64,000 bases of DNA. Source: Burkholderiales bacterium (GTDB taxonomy: Bacteria > Pseudomonadota > Gammaproteobacteria > Burkholderiales > SG8-41). The stretch lies in the NCBI GenBank assembly GCA_964203275.1, contig CAXNMF010000014.1:37828-101827 (forward strand), in the 5' to 3' direction. Made by a program: the position numbers and the translations under genes. Under the pieces are notes generated by a model. That model worked only from the letters and a program-made list of their open reading frames with translations, made no database searches and was not told the DNA's origin. Shown here one piece after another: positions 55,435 through 64,000 of this stretch. Position 1 is the stretch's first letter; every line of letters begins with the position of its first letter.

Positions 55435-56814
55435 ATGTCGAGACCTGTCGCGCTGCTGACTGCACTGATTGTGGGTGTGGCGGCAGCGATTTTTTTTACG
55501 CCGCCGCCTGCGGGTGTATCCGCCAATGTGATGCACACCGGTGGATTGCTGGTGCTGGTGATGGGGCTGTGGGCGACCGGTGCGTTACCCGAATCGCTGA
55601 CTGCGCTGATCTTCTTTTCAATGGCGGTGCTGTTGGGTGTCGCCAAACCGGAAGTCATTTTTTCCGGTTTCACGTCGGGCACGCTGTGGCTGGTGCTTGG
55701 TGGTCTGGTGATTGCTGAAGCCGTGCGCATGACCGGGCTCGGGGAACGCATCGCGCGTGTCGCGCTCGGCACGCGCATCTGGCCGTATCCGCAACTGATT
55801 ACGGCCGCCGTACTGGTGGCTGTTGTTCTGGCGTTTTTGATGCCGGCTACGGTGGGGCGTATTCTGTTGCTGGTTCCGATTCTCGCCGCGGTTGCCGAAC
55901 GTCACGGACTGCCGGCAGGTTCACCGGGTCATAACGGCGTGTTGTTTGCAACCATCGTTGCATCCTTTCAGTGCGGTACCGCAATTCTTCCAGCGAATGC
56001 GCCGAATCTGGTCTTGGCCGGTGCTGCAGAAACGCTCTATGGCGTCAATCTGATCTACGCTGAATACCTGTGGGCACAGTTTCCGGTGATGGGCATCGTC
56101 AAGGGCGCGCTGATTGTGGCCATCGTCTGCTGGATGTTTCCGGCACGGACCTGCGGCGATGGTGATGCCCCCGACCTGCGCCCGATGAGCGGCAATGAAA
56201 AACGGCTTGCCACCATCGTGCTGATTTCATTGGCCTTGTGGGCGACGGATTTTCTGCATGGCATCCGCCCGGGCTGGATTGCACTCGCGGCTGCAGTGGT
56301 GTCGATGCTGCCGCGTATCGGTGCGGTGCCGGTGACGCTGTTCCAGGAACGCATCAAGTTCGGCAGTTTTTTTTACATCGGCGCGGTGCTCGGCCTCGGT
56401 GCGGTGATGCTCGATTCAGGTTTCAGCAAGGCCTTCGGTGATGTGCTGCTGTCGGTGATCCGGCTGGAGCCCGGTGCCGATGCGGCGAATTTCATCACGC
56501 TGAGCGTGATGTCGACCATTGCCTCGATGATCGTCACCAATCCGGCGCAGCCGGCGCTGCTGTCGCCGCTGGCCGGACATTTCGCTGAAGCCACCGGCTG
56601 GCCGATCCAGGCGGCACTGATGACTTCAGCGGTGGGTTTCTCCACGCTGTTGCTGCCGTATCAGGCGCCGCCGGTGGTGGTGGGCATGCAGCTGGCTCAC
56701 CTCAAGGTGCGTGATGCGCTGCGTCTGAGCGTACCGCTGGCGCTGATCAGCATTGTTGCGCTGATCCCATTGCATTATCTGTGGTGGCGGCTGATCGGAT
56801 ATTTCGGGCATTGA
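55435..56814 (+). CDS. SLC13/DASS-family (dicarboxylate/anion) permease
   Basis: LWAT..LPE, SGF....LWL..GG, TGLGERIA, MPA...R, PANAPN, PYQAPP. Confidence 0.85.
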   Translation: MSRPVALLTALIVGVAAAIFFTPPPAGVSANVMHTGGLLVLVMGLWATGALPESLTALIFFSMAVLLGVAKPEVIFSGFTSGTLWLVLGGLVIAEAVRMTGLGERIARVALGTRIWPYPQLITAAVLVAVVLAFLMPATVGRILLLVPILAAVAERHGLPAGSPGHNGVLFATIVASFQCGTAILPANAPNLVLAGAAETLYGVNLIYAEYLWAQFPVMGIVKGALIVAIVCWMFPARTCGDGDAPDLRPMSGNEKRLATIVLISLALWATDFLHGIRPGWIALAAAVVSMLPRIGAVPVTLFQERIKFGSFFYIGAVLGLGAVMLDSGFSKAFGDVLLSVIRLEPGADAANFITLSVMSTIASMIVTNPAQPALLSPLAGHFAEATGWPIQAALMTSAVGFSTLLLPYQAPPVVVGMQLAHLKVRDALRLSVPLALISIVALIPLHYLWWRLIGYFGH

Positions 56815-56841
56815 GTTAAACGCAGGATCACGGAGACGGGG

Positions 56842-57951
56842 ATGACATCGCAATTGTTCACGCCGGTTCAGATCGGCAAGCGTACGCTGACCAATCGCAT
56901 CACGGTTGCACCGATGTGCCAGTACAGCGCCGTCGATGGTTCGATGAGCGACTGGCACATGATGCATCTCGGATCGTTGGCGATTTCCGGAGCATCCATG
57001 CTGGTGATGGAGGCTACGGGTGTGACGCCGGCCGGCCGCATCACGCCGTATTGTCCGGGCCTTTATTCGGATGCCAACGAAGTGGCGATGAAACGCGTCA
57101 CCGATTATGTGCGAAGCATTTCAACGATTGTGCTCGGCGTGCAGCTCGCGCATGCGGGACGCAAGGCCTCCATCCACCGGCCGTGGCAGGGCCACGGCCC
57201 GCTGCAGTCGAATGAAGGCGCCTGGCAGACGCTGGCGCCGTCAGCCGTTCCGCTTGCGGAGGGCTGGCCGGCCCCGCAGGCGATGAGCAGGGCGGACATG
57301 CAGCAACTGACGCAGTCCTTTGTGCAGGCGGCGCAACGTGCGGCGCGCATCGGACTCGATTTCGTTGAACTGCATTCAACCCACGGTTATCTGCTGTCGG
57401 AATTCCTGTCGCCGTTGTCCAATAAACGTTACGACGAATACGGTGGCAGTCTCGAAAACCGCATGCGTTTTCCGCTGGAAGTGTTCCGTGCGATTCGTGC
57501 GGCGTTTCCGGTGGATCGTTTTGTCGGCGCAAAAATATCCGGCAGCGATTTTGTTGATGGCGGATTTTCTCCTGACGAGGCCGTGGCCTATGCGCGTGCC
57601 CTGAAGGCTGAGGGCTGCGCGTATGTGACCGTGTCCGGCGGCGGTGTGGTGCTCGACGCCAAGATCCCGGTCGGCCCCGGTTATCAAGTGCCGTTTGCCG
57701 AGCGCGTCAAAAAAGAAACCGGCATTACTACCGGCGCCGTCGGCCTGATCACCGATCCGCAGCAGGCCGAGGCCATCATTGCCGGCGGCCAGGCGGATTT
57801 CATTTCACTGGCGCGGGCGATGCTGTTCAATCCGCGCTGGCCGCAGCATGCGGCAGTCACCCTCGGTGTCGAAGCACCCTATCCGCCGCAGTACGAGCGC
57901 GCGGCGCCGAAAGCGTGGCGGCCGGGGCGGACGCTGGGGAACATCAGCTGA
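56842..57951 (+). CDS. NADH:flavin oxidoreductase (Old Yellow Enzyme, YqjM-like)
   Basis: NRI.VAPMCQYSA, QLAHAGRKAS, H.THGYLL.EFLSP.SN.R.DEYGGSLENR, PGYQVPFA. Confidence 0.93.
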   Translation: MTSQLFTPVQIGKRTLTNRITVAPMCQYSAVDGSMSDWHMMHLGSLAISGASMLVMEATGVTPAGRITPYCPGLYSDANEVAMKRVTDYVRSISTIVLGVQLAHAGRKASIHRPWQGHGPLQSNEGAWQTLAPSAVPLAEGWPAPQAMSRADMQQLTQSFVQAAQRAARIGLDFVELHSTHGYLLSEFLSPLSNKRYDEYGGSLENRMRFPLEVFRAIRAAFPVDRFVGAKISGSDFVDGGFSPDEAVAYARALKAEGCAYVTVSGGGVVLDAKIPVGPGYQVPFAERVKKETGITTGAVGLITDPQQAEAIIAGGQADFISLARAMLFNPRWPQHAAVTLGVEAPYPPQYERAAPKAWRPGRTLGNIS

Positions 57952-58024
57952 AGTCCTAGTCACCCCGAATCAGGGGATGTCATCGTGTTGGCCGGTGAAG
58001 GTGACTTCGCGGGGCATCAGATGA

Positions 58025-59092
58025 TCAGCTGCGCAGTTGACGTCCCGCAGCAATCAGAGAATCGACGATGCCGGTGAGGTGAGTTGCATCGGTTGCCGGC
58101 CAGTCCGTCCCGGGTTGTTGCAGCTGCGCCGTCGCGCGTGGGCCCAGCAGGGTTTCGCGCAGGAATTCAACCTGCACTGCGCCGACACGGGGATCGTTAA
58201 TTGTTGCCAGTTTTGCGCCGTAGTGGACGGTCTCGAAAGCGCCTTTGTACGGGCTGTTCAAGGTGATGGCAGCGCCGTGGGTAGTCGCGTCAAAACCAAA
58301 ACCCTGCGCCCAGGCATCGGCGATGCGCCGCATTTCCGCCGAGCCGATGGTCAAGGGATCAGCGCCGGCTTCACCGCGGTCATCGCCCTTGTTGCCGAAA
58401 TTGACCAGTTGCGGCAAGCGGTCAGCGGCAGGACGTTCGACCACGATGGCGCCGTCGGCACGCATCTTGGTATTCATGGTGTCGTGCAGGCTGATCACGC
58501 GCAGTGCAATGCCAGGCCTGCGTGCTTTCAGTACCGCTTTGATCACGCGGTCACAGGCGCTGCGATAGGCTTCGGGGCCGAGGCGCCGTGCCGTGTTCAG
58601 TGCCTTCTCCAGCGCAGACCATTCTGCATCGTTTACCGGCGGTCGCAGCACGGCCTCGCCGGAGAACGTGACCGGGCGTACCGCATCGATGCCGCTGAAA
58701 GAGACTTTTTCACCAGCGCGTTGACGTTCGAGGCGGGCAAAAAATTCGCGCAGACCCGGCATCATGTCTGCGGGCGGTGCGCGGTTGGGATCGAGCACCA
58801 GCCGCGAATGCGGGTTCTCGACGAACACCACGCCGGGGTCAGCGGCCGCCCAGGCTCGACCCAGGCTGCTGGTGATGACGTCCGAATAATCGTATTGCTT
58901 GCGCCGCGTCAATGCGGAATCAACGAAAGGTTGCAGCTCCGCCGGGAAACGCGCGCTGGAATGAGGGCCGAGAACGATGGTGTCGATGTGCGCTGCGACA
59001 GTGTCGAACGGCGCACTCCCCTTGCCCTGCCAGAACACCAGGTCGTCGAAGGCGAACGCCTGCCCGGCCGGGATCCAGTCGATCGAGGCCAT
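58025..59092 (-). CDS. N-formylglutamate amidohydrolase-like protein
   Basis: GPHSS, SRLVLDPNR, SLHD, N.PYKG and AVQVEF motifs of this Zn-hydrolase family. Confidence 0.75.
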   Translation of the reverse strand: MASIDWIPAGQAFAFDDLVFWQGKGSAPFDTVAAHIDTIVLGPHSSARFPAELQPFVDSALTRRKQYDYSDVITSSLGRAWAAADPGVVFVENPHSRLVLDPNRAPPADMMPGLREFFARLERQRAGEKVSFSGIDAVRPVTFSGEAVLRPPVNDAEWSALEKALNTARRLGPEAYRSACDRVIKAVLKARRPGIALRVISLHDTMNTKMRADGAIVVERPAADRLPQLVNFGNKGDDRGEAGADPLTIGSAEMRRIADAWAQGFGFDATTHGAAITLNSPYKGAFETVHYGAKLATINDPRVGAVQVEFLRETLLGPRATAQLQQPGTDWPATDATHLTGIVDSLIAAGRQLRS

Positions 59093-59094
59093 GG

Positions 59095-60423
59095 CTATTT
59101 CAGGGTAATAGCAATCAGAATGCCGCTACCGACTGCGACCAGCGTGAATATGATAACCGGCAGCAGGAAGGAGTGGTTGATCACCGCCGCGCCAATGCGC
59201 GTGGTGCCGGTGTGGTCGAGTTCAACGGTGGCGATCTGCGCGCCGTTGGTGGGCAGGAAGAACACGCCCACCACAGCCGGCCACATCGCTGCGAGCATCG
59301 CCGGCGACAGGCCGAGCGCGATGCCGATCGGGATGATCGAGAAGGTTGCGCTCGACTGGCTGGTGGTGATCGCGGCCACGGCGAACAGGGCGAAGGCGAT
59401 CATGATCGGATTCTGTTTTGCGAGTTCGCCGAGGCCGTCAACGATGGTTTTTTCGTGAGCGCCGATGAAGGTGTTGGCCATCCAGGCCACGCCGAACAGC
59501 GCAACCACGGCGACCATGCCGGAATCGAAGAGGTTGCTCTTGACGATGTCGCTGGCCTTGATTTTGCAAAACGCGACAATGGCGGCAGCCACGGTGAGCA
59601 TGGTGATCTGGATCAGCTGCGAGAGATCCACTTCGGTCGGCTTGCCCTTGGCAAGCACGATAGGCCGCAATTCCTCGAAGATCCCCGCGCAGATAATGAA
59701 CACTACGCCCGCGCCGAACAGCAGAGCCGAGAGTTTGCCTTCGCGGGTCACCGGTTTTGCCTCGACGCCGCTTGCCGGGGGCTGGACTTCGCCGGCAGCG
59801 AGCCGGCGCTGGTATTCGGGGTCTTCATCAAGCTCTTTGCCGCGCATGTTCATGATGAACGCGCCGACAATGATGGCGAGGATCGAAGCCGGCATCGTGA
59901 TCGACAGGATGTCGGTGATCTTGAAACCGAGCGGCGCGAGCAGCCCGACCATTGCTGCTGTGGCTGCCGACACCGGGCTTGAGGTGATCGCAAGCTGGCC
60001 GGCGGTTGCCGACAAGGCGAGTGGGCGCTCGGGGCGCACCTTGTTGGCATGGGCGACCTCGTAGATTACCGGCATCAGCGAATAGTAGATGTTGCCGGTT
60101 CCCGCGCCGGCGCAGAAACCGAATGTGGTCAGCGGTGCGACGTAGGTGATCTGGCGGGGGAAGCGGCGGATAACCTTCTGTGCCAGGCTGACCAGGTAAT
60201 CGATCCCGCCGGCAAGCTGCATCGAGCCCGCCGCAGTGACCACTGCCATGATGATCAGCATTGCCGACAGCGGTACCGATCCCGGCGCCACCCCGAAGCC
60301 CACCACGAACAGCAGCACCCCCACAGCGCCGAATAGGCCGATGGCCATGCCCTTGAAGTGCACACCGACGGCGATCAGCGCGATCACCATCGCGCCCTGC
60401 ACGTAGATCATCATGTTGTCCAT
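59095..60423 (-). CDS. Anaerobic C4-dicarboxylate transporter (DcuA/DcuB family)
   Basis: AGGIDYL, GTG..YYS..PVI.EVA, RPERPL, SPVSAA, RGKELDEDPEYQRRL, D.TGTTRIG..V.NHSF. Confidence 0.92.
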   Translation of the reverse strand: MDNMMIYVQGAMVIALIAVGVHFKGMAIGLFGAVGVLLFVVGFGVAPGSVPLSAMLIIMAVVTAAGSMQLAGGIDYLVSLAQKVIRRFPRQITYVAPLTTFGFCAGAGTGNIYYSLMPVIYEVAHANKVRPERPLALSATAGQLAITSSPVSAATAAMVGLLAPLGFKITDILSITMPASILAIIVGAFIMNMRGKELDEDPEYQRRLAAGEVQPPASGVEAKPVTREGKLSALLFGAGVVFIICAGIFEELRPIVLAKGKPTEVDLSQLIQITMLTVAAAIVAFCKIKASDIVKSNLFDSGMVAVVALFGVAWMANTFIGAHEKTIVDGLGELAKQNPIMIAFALFAVAAITTSQSSATFSIIPIGIALGLSPAMLAAMWPAVVGVFFLPTNGAQIATVELDHTGTTRIGAAVINHSFLLPVIIFTLVAVGSGILIAITLK

Positions 60424-60530
60424 CGCATCCCCATTTTTGTTGTTCAGGCCGCATGCCAGCGTCCAGTATGCCGAATAATTATTGCATCAATTTTCCCTGC
60501 AATGTAGAAGTCAGGGCTGATTGAGGGGGC

Positions 60531-60545
60531 TGGCCAAGTCTTTGC
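60531..60545 (+). promoter_or_regulatory. Candidate sigma54 (-24/-12) promoter
   Basis: TGGCCAAGTCTTTGC (GG-N10-GC), about 43 nt upstream of the aspT-like start. Confidence 0.4.
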
Positions 60546-60588
60546 GGACTGCTAAACTGATCTGGTCTCCAAACCGGAAAACGTCACT

Positions 60589-62289
60589 GTGCAAACCATT
60601 GCAGATACATTACACAGGCTGCCGGAGCTGTCGCTGTTCCTGAGCATTCTCCTTGGTCACTTCATCGGTCGCTTTCATTTCAAGGGTGTTGGATTCGGAA
60701 CTGTTGTCGGCACACTGATCGCCGGGATCATCATTGGCATCGTTGCCAAACCGGAATTGCCCGAGTTGTTGCGCTGGGCATTTTTTTACCTGTTCCTGTT
60801 TTCCATTGGTTATTCGATCGGCCCGCAGTTCTTCGGCAGCCTGCGCCGCGAAACGCTGCCGCAGGTCGCGCTGGCGGTGATCATTTCCTTGACGGGGCTG
60901 GCGACGGTCATCGCCATGGCGGTGCTATTTGATTTTGATGAAGGCATCGCAGTCGGCCTGCTCTCCGGAGGAATGACTCAGTCGGCGGCGCTGGGCACGG
61001 GTCTGAGTGCGATTTCGGAGTTGCCGGTTTCAGCAGAACTCAAGGCGACGCTTTCCGCCAATGCGCCGCTGGCCGATGCAATCACCTACGGATTTGGCGA
61101 TCTCGGGCTGATCCTTTTTCTGACGGCGATCGGGCCATGGTTGATGAAAGCCGATCTGAAAAAGGATGCGCTGGAATTGGAGCAGAAAATGTCAGGCGGC
61201 GCTGGACAGAACGAAGTGTTTTCCGAAGTCCTGTTTGCGTTCCGTGCCTATCGTGTCGAACGTATTGCCGGGGTCACGGTGGGCGGGATCGAAGCGCGTT
61301 ACTCAGTCGGTCGCCTGGCGGTGCAGCGCGTGCGGCGGGACGGGCAGTTGCTGGACCTCAATGAAGGACTCGCGTTAGAGCTGGGCGACGAGATCGTGGT
61401 TTCAGGAAGACGCAGCGCGCTCTCCGCACTGGAGCGCGATGCGGGCCCCGAACTGGATGATCCGGATCTGCTGGCGATTCCGCTGAAGACCGCCGTGGTG
61501 GTGGTGACCAACAAGGATGCGCACCGTAAAAAACTGTCTGAGCTGGCTGCGGACCGCGCACTTGCACGAGGCGTCTATCTGGAATCAATACATCGAGGCG
61601 AAGTGCTGTTGCCGGTCCGGCCCTGGTCCGTGGTGGAGCGTGGCGACATTCTGCGGATGGTGGGCGCTCCGGAGGATGTTGAGCGGGCAGGACGGCATAT
61701 CGGTTTTGTCGAAAAGGATCTGGCGAAGACCGACCTCGCGTTTCTGGCCGGCGGCATTTCGGCGGGCATCATCCTCGGACTGCTCAAGTTCAACGTCTCC
61801 GGCATTCCGCTGGGCCTGGGGACTGCCGGTTCGATTCTGGTCATCGGATTGCTCGCGGGCTGGGCGCGCAGCCGTTATCCGGTATTCGGCTCGATTCCGG
61901 AGCCGGCGCAGCGGCTGCTCGCGGACATCGGCCTGATCGTGTTCATCGCAATCGTCGGTCTGCATGCCGGCCCCCATGCGGTAGAGGCTTATGAAAAAAG
62001 CGGCGGTGCGTATTTCGCCAGCATTTTCTTTGCGGGCATGGTGGTGACGATGGTGCCGATTGCCGTGGGAGCGATTTTTGCGCGCAAGGTATTCAACATG
62101 AATCCGCTGATGGTGCTGGGGGCGTTGGCCGGTGCCCAGACCTGCACGCCGGGGCTTAATGCCCTGCGCGATGCCAGCGGCAGCAATATCGGCGCGCTGG
62201 CCTATACGGTGCCTTATGCCATCGGCAATATTTTGCTGACGGTGTGGGGACCGGTGGTGGTGGCGATCATGTACGCGATCAGGAACTGA
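60589..62289 (+). CDS. aspT: Aspartate:alanine exchanger (AAE) family transporter with two TrkA_C domains
   Basis: G.VVGTL, FLFSIGY.IGPQFF, G.TQSA.LG, GA.AGAQT.TP, YTVPYAIGNILLT.WGP. Confidence 0.85.
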   Translation: MQTIADTLHRLPELSLFLSILLGHFIGRFHFKGVGFGTVVGTLIAGIIIGIVAKPELPELLRWAFFYLFLFSIGYSIGPQFFGSLRRETLPQVALAVIISLTGLATVIAMAVLFDFDEGIAVGLLSGGMTQSAALGTGLSAISELPVSAELKATLSANAPLADAITYGFGDLGLILFLTAIGPWLMKADLKKDALELEQKMSGGAGQNEVFSEVLFAFRAYRVERIAGVTVGGIEARYSVGRLAVQRVRRDGQLLDLNEGLALELGDEIVVSGRRSALSALERDAGPELDDPDLLAIPLKTAVVVVTNKDAHRKKLSELAADRALARGVYLESIHRGEVLLPVRPWSVVERGDILRMVGAPEDVERAGRHIGFVEKDLAKTDLAFLAGGISAGIILGLLKFNVSGIPLGLGTAGSILVIGLLAGWARSRYPVFGSIPEPAQRLLADIGLIVFIAIVGLHAGPHAVEAYEKSGGAYFASIFFAGMVVTMVPIAVGAIFARKVFNMNPLMVLGALAGAQTCTPGLNALRDASGSNIGALAYTVPYAIGNILLTVWGPVVVAIMYAIRN

Positions 62290-62296
62290 GCGACCG

Positions 62297-62650
62297 TCAG
62301 TCCGGGGTTTTTGCGGATTGCAGTTCTTTTTCCTGCTGGCGCCAAGCGTAGTCGAGCGCACGCACGCCAATCGCGGTCACCAGTCCCATCAGCAGGATGC
62401 CGACGAATCCGATCATCACGGCCAGCATGCGTGAAACCGGGTGGTGCGGGACGAAGTCGCCGTATCCGATGGTCAGGCCGGAGATGAACGCGAAATAAAT
62501 GCCGTCGCCAAAGGGCCAGTCCTCCAGTATGCCGACCGCATAACCGGTCACCACCATGACACCGATCAGTCCGGAAAGAATGGGCCAGACGATTTTCAGT
62601 CCCTTGAGCAACTCGGCAAAAAAATAACTGCGCATCGCGGCTGGCTTCAT
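62297..62650 (-). CDS. Small 2-TM potassium channel family protein
   Basis: IYFAFISGLTIGYGD selectivity filter between two TMs. Confidence 0.88.
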   Translation of the reverse strand: MKPAAMRSYFFAELLKGLKIVWPILSGLIGVMVVTGYAVGILEDWPFGDGIYFAFISGLTIGYGDFVPHHPVSRMLAVMIGFVGILLMGLVTAIGVRALDYAWRQQEKELQSAKTPD

Positions 62651-62828
62651 ATTGTTTTTCCCTGATGATTGTTGTCGGACACCGGAACAATCCTGCAATG
62701 GCGGCTGGACCGAGGGGATTTTACGCCTCGAAATTGTGAGATCCTCGCGCCAGACTTTTTGTTTCTGGCTACGAGTTTTTCGAATAACATCAATAACTCT
62801 TCTCGAGCATTTCACCAGAAACTGATTG

Positions 62829-64000
62829 ATGGCCAAACGCCGCAAATCCCCGCAGCAGACAAAGGCCGGTCAATCCGCAGTTGCGGCAGGTAATACGACA
62901 GCGCCGGTTGCAGTTGCTGGTCTTGGCCGGCGGTGGCGAATTGTTGCCGCTTTGGCCATTGCTGTCGTTGGCGGTTTGGGGTTCTGGTTCTGGTCCAAGA
63001 CCGGCGGCCCGTCATTCGGCAGCGTTCAGCCCGGCACGGCAACATCTTCTGCTGTTTCAGTGCGGCATGTCGGGCGTGATGCCTGCATTTCCTGTCATGC
63101 GGACCAGGACAAAGCCTGGCAGGGATCGCACCACCAACGCGCGATGCAGGAAGCCGTCGAAGGCAAGGTGCTCGGCAATTTCGACAACGCCAAATTCCGC
63201 TACTTCGGCGTTGAGTCCACGTTCTTCAGGCGTGACGGCAAGTTCATGGTCCGCACCGACGGGCCTGACGGCAAGCTTGCGGACTTTCAGATCAAATACA
63301 CTTTCGGTGTGACTCCGCTGCAGCAGTATCTGATCGAGTTTCCCGGCGGGCGTTATCAGGTGCTGGGTATCGGCTGGGATACGCGGCCGGCAGAAAAAGG
63401 CGGGCAACTCTGGTTCCATCTGTATCCCGACGGGAAAATTGATCATAAAGATCAGTTGCACTGGACCGGCCTGTATCAGAACTGGAACCTGCAGTGTGCG
63501 GCCTGCCATTCGTCCAACCTGAACAAAGGTTATGACGCTGCCAGCAACAGCTATAAAACGACTTACAGCGAAATTAATGTCTCCTGCGAGGCTTGTCACG
63601 GTCCCGGTTCTCGCCATGTGGAGTGGGCGCAACAGGCGCGGGCGCCCTATGGCGCCGACAAGGGTTTGATCGCACTGAAAAGCCGCTGGAGCGAAGCGTG
63701 GAAATTTGCCGGCCCCGATGCGCGAATCGCGCAACGTGATCAACCCGCCGCTGATGCGTTGATGAATGTCTGTGCCTCATGTCATGCCCGCCGCTCGACC
63801 ATTACCGAATCCGCCGCTACCGGTGCGCCGCTGGCTGACACGCACCGGCTTGCGCTGCTGACCGCGCCGAATTATCACGCCGACGGGCAGCAGCGCGACG
63901 AGGTGTTCACCTGGGGCTCGTTCCTGCAGAGCCGGATGTACCAGAGAGGCGTGACCTGCATGGATTGCCATGAACCGCATGCGCTGAAACTGCGCGCGGA
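62829..64000 (+). CDS. Membrane-anchored multiheme cytochrome c, 3'-truncated by window (absent from ORF track)
   Basis: Open frame from ATG 62829 with one TM. In-frame CxxCH at 63084 (CISCH), 63495 (CAACH), 63585 (CEACH), 63771 (CASCH), 63957 (CMDCH). Confidence 0.9.
   Translation, partial: MAKRRKSPQQTKAGQSAVAAGNTTAPVAVAGLGRRWRIVAALAIAVVGGLGFWFWSKTGGPSFGSVQPGTATSSAVSVRHVGRDACISCHADQDKAWQGSHHQRAMQEAVEGKVLGNFDNAKFRYFGVESTFFRRDGKFMVRTDGPDGKLADFQIKYTFGVTPLQQYLIEFPGGRYQVLGIGWDTRPAEKGGQLWFHLYPDGKIDHKDQLHWTGLYQNWNLQCAACHSSNLNKGYDAASNSYKTTYSEINVSCEACHGPGSRHVEWAQQARAPYGADKGLIALKSRWSEAWKFAGPDARIAQRDQPAADALMNVCASCHARRSTITESAATGAPLADTHRLALLTAPNYHADGQQRDEVFTWGSFLQSRMYQRGVTCMDCHEPHALKLRA

Noticed and set aside
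57952-58024. Short hairpins and a 15-codon ORF between convergent genes
   Set aside because: The stems are too short to distinguish from chance in GC-rich DNA.

Overview
A GC-rich (~60%) bacterial chromosomal segment. Gene content (many Bug/TctC solute-binding proteins, a PilGHIJ-ChpA operon, a DUF6806-like protein) points to a betaproteobacterium. It holds about 55 densely packed CDSs, mostly for organic-acid, sugar-acid and acyl-CoA catabolism and transport. It also carries a type IV pilus chemosensory operon, a PAS-GGDEF cyclase, a HigBA-like toxin-antitoxin pair and a truncated multiheme cytochrome c. I saw no rRNA, tRNA, CRISPR array, integrase or transposase. The most unusual signal is non-coding. 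Six intergenic elements from three unrelated sequence families share one architecture: two inverted arms of 3-4 tandem 9-bp units around a variable spacer, placed about 10-30 nt after a stop codon. One copy lies inside a 48-codon ORF coupled by ATGA overlaps to both flanking genes. Other points of interest: two further palindromic REP-like elements, recurring IHF-consensus sites at gene ends, a structured pilG leader, four transporter-less ModA-fold paralogs, and an LVIVD beta-propeller with an inserted sigma70-region-3-like helix-turn-helix. Several frameshifts may be assembly errors. All family assignments come from motif recognition by eye, not from database searches.
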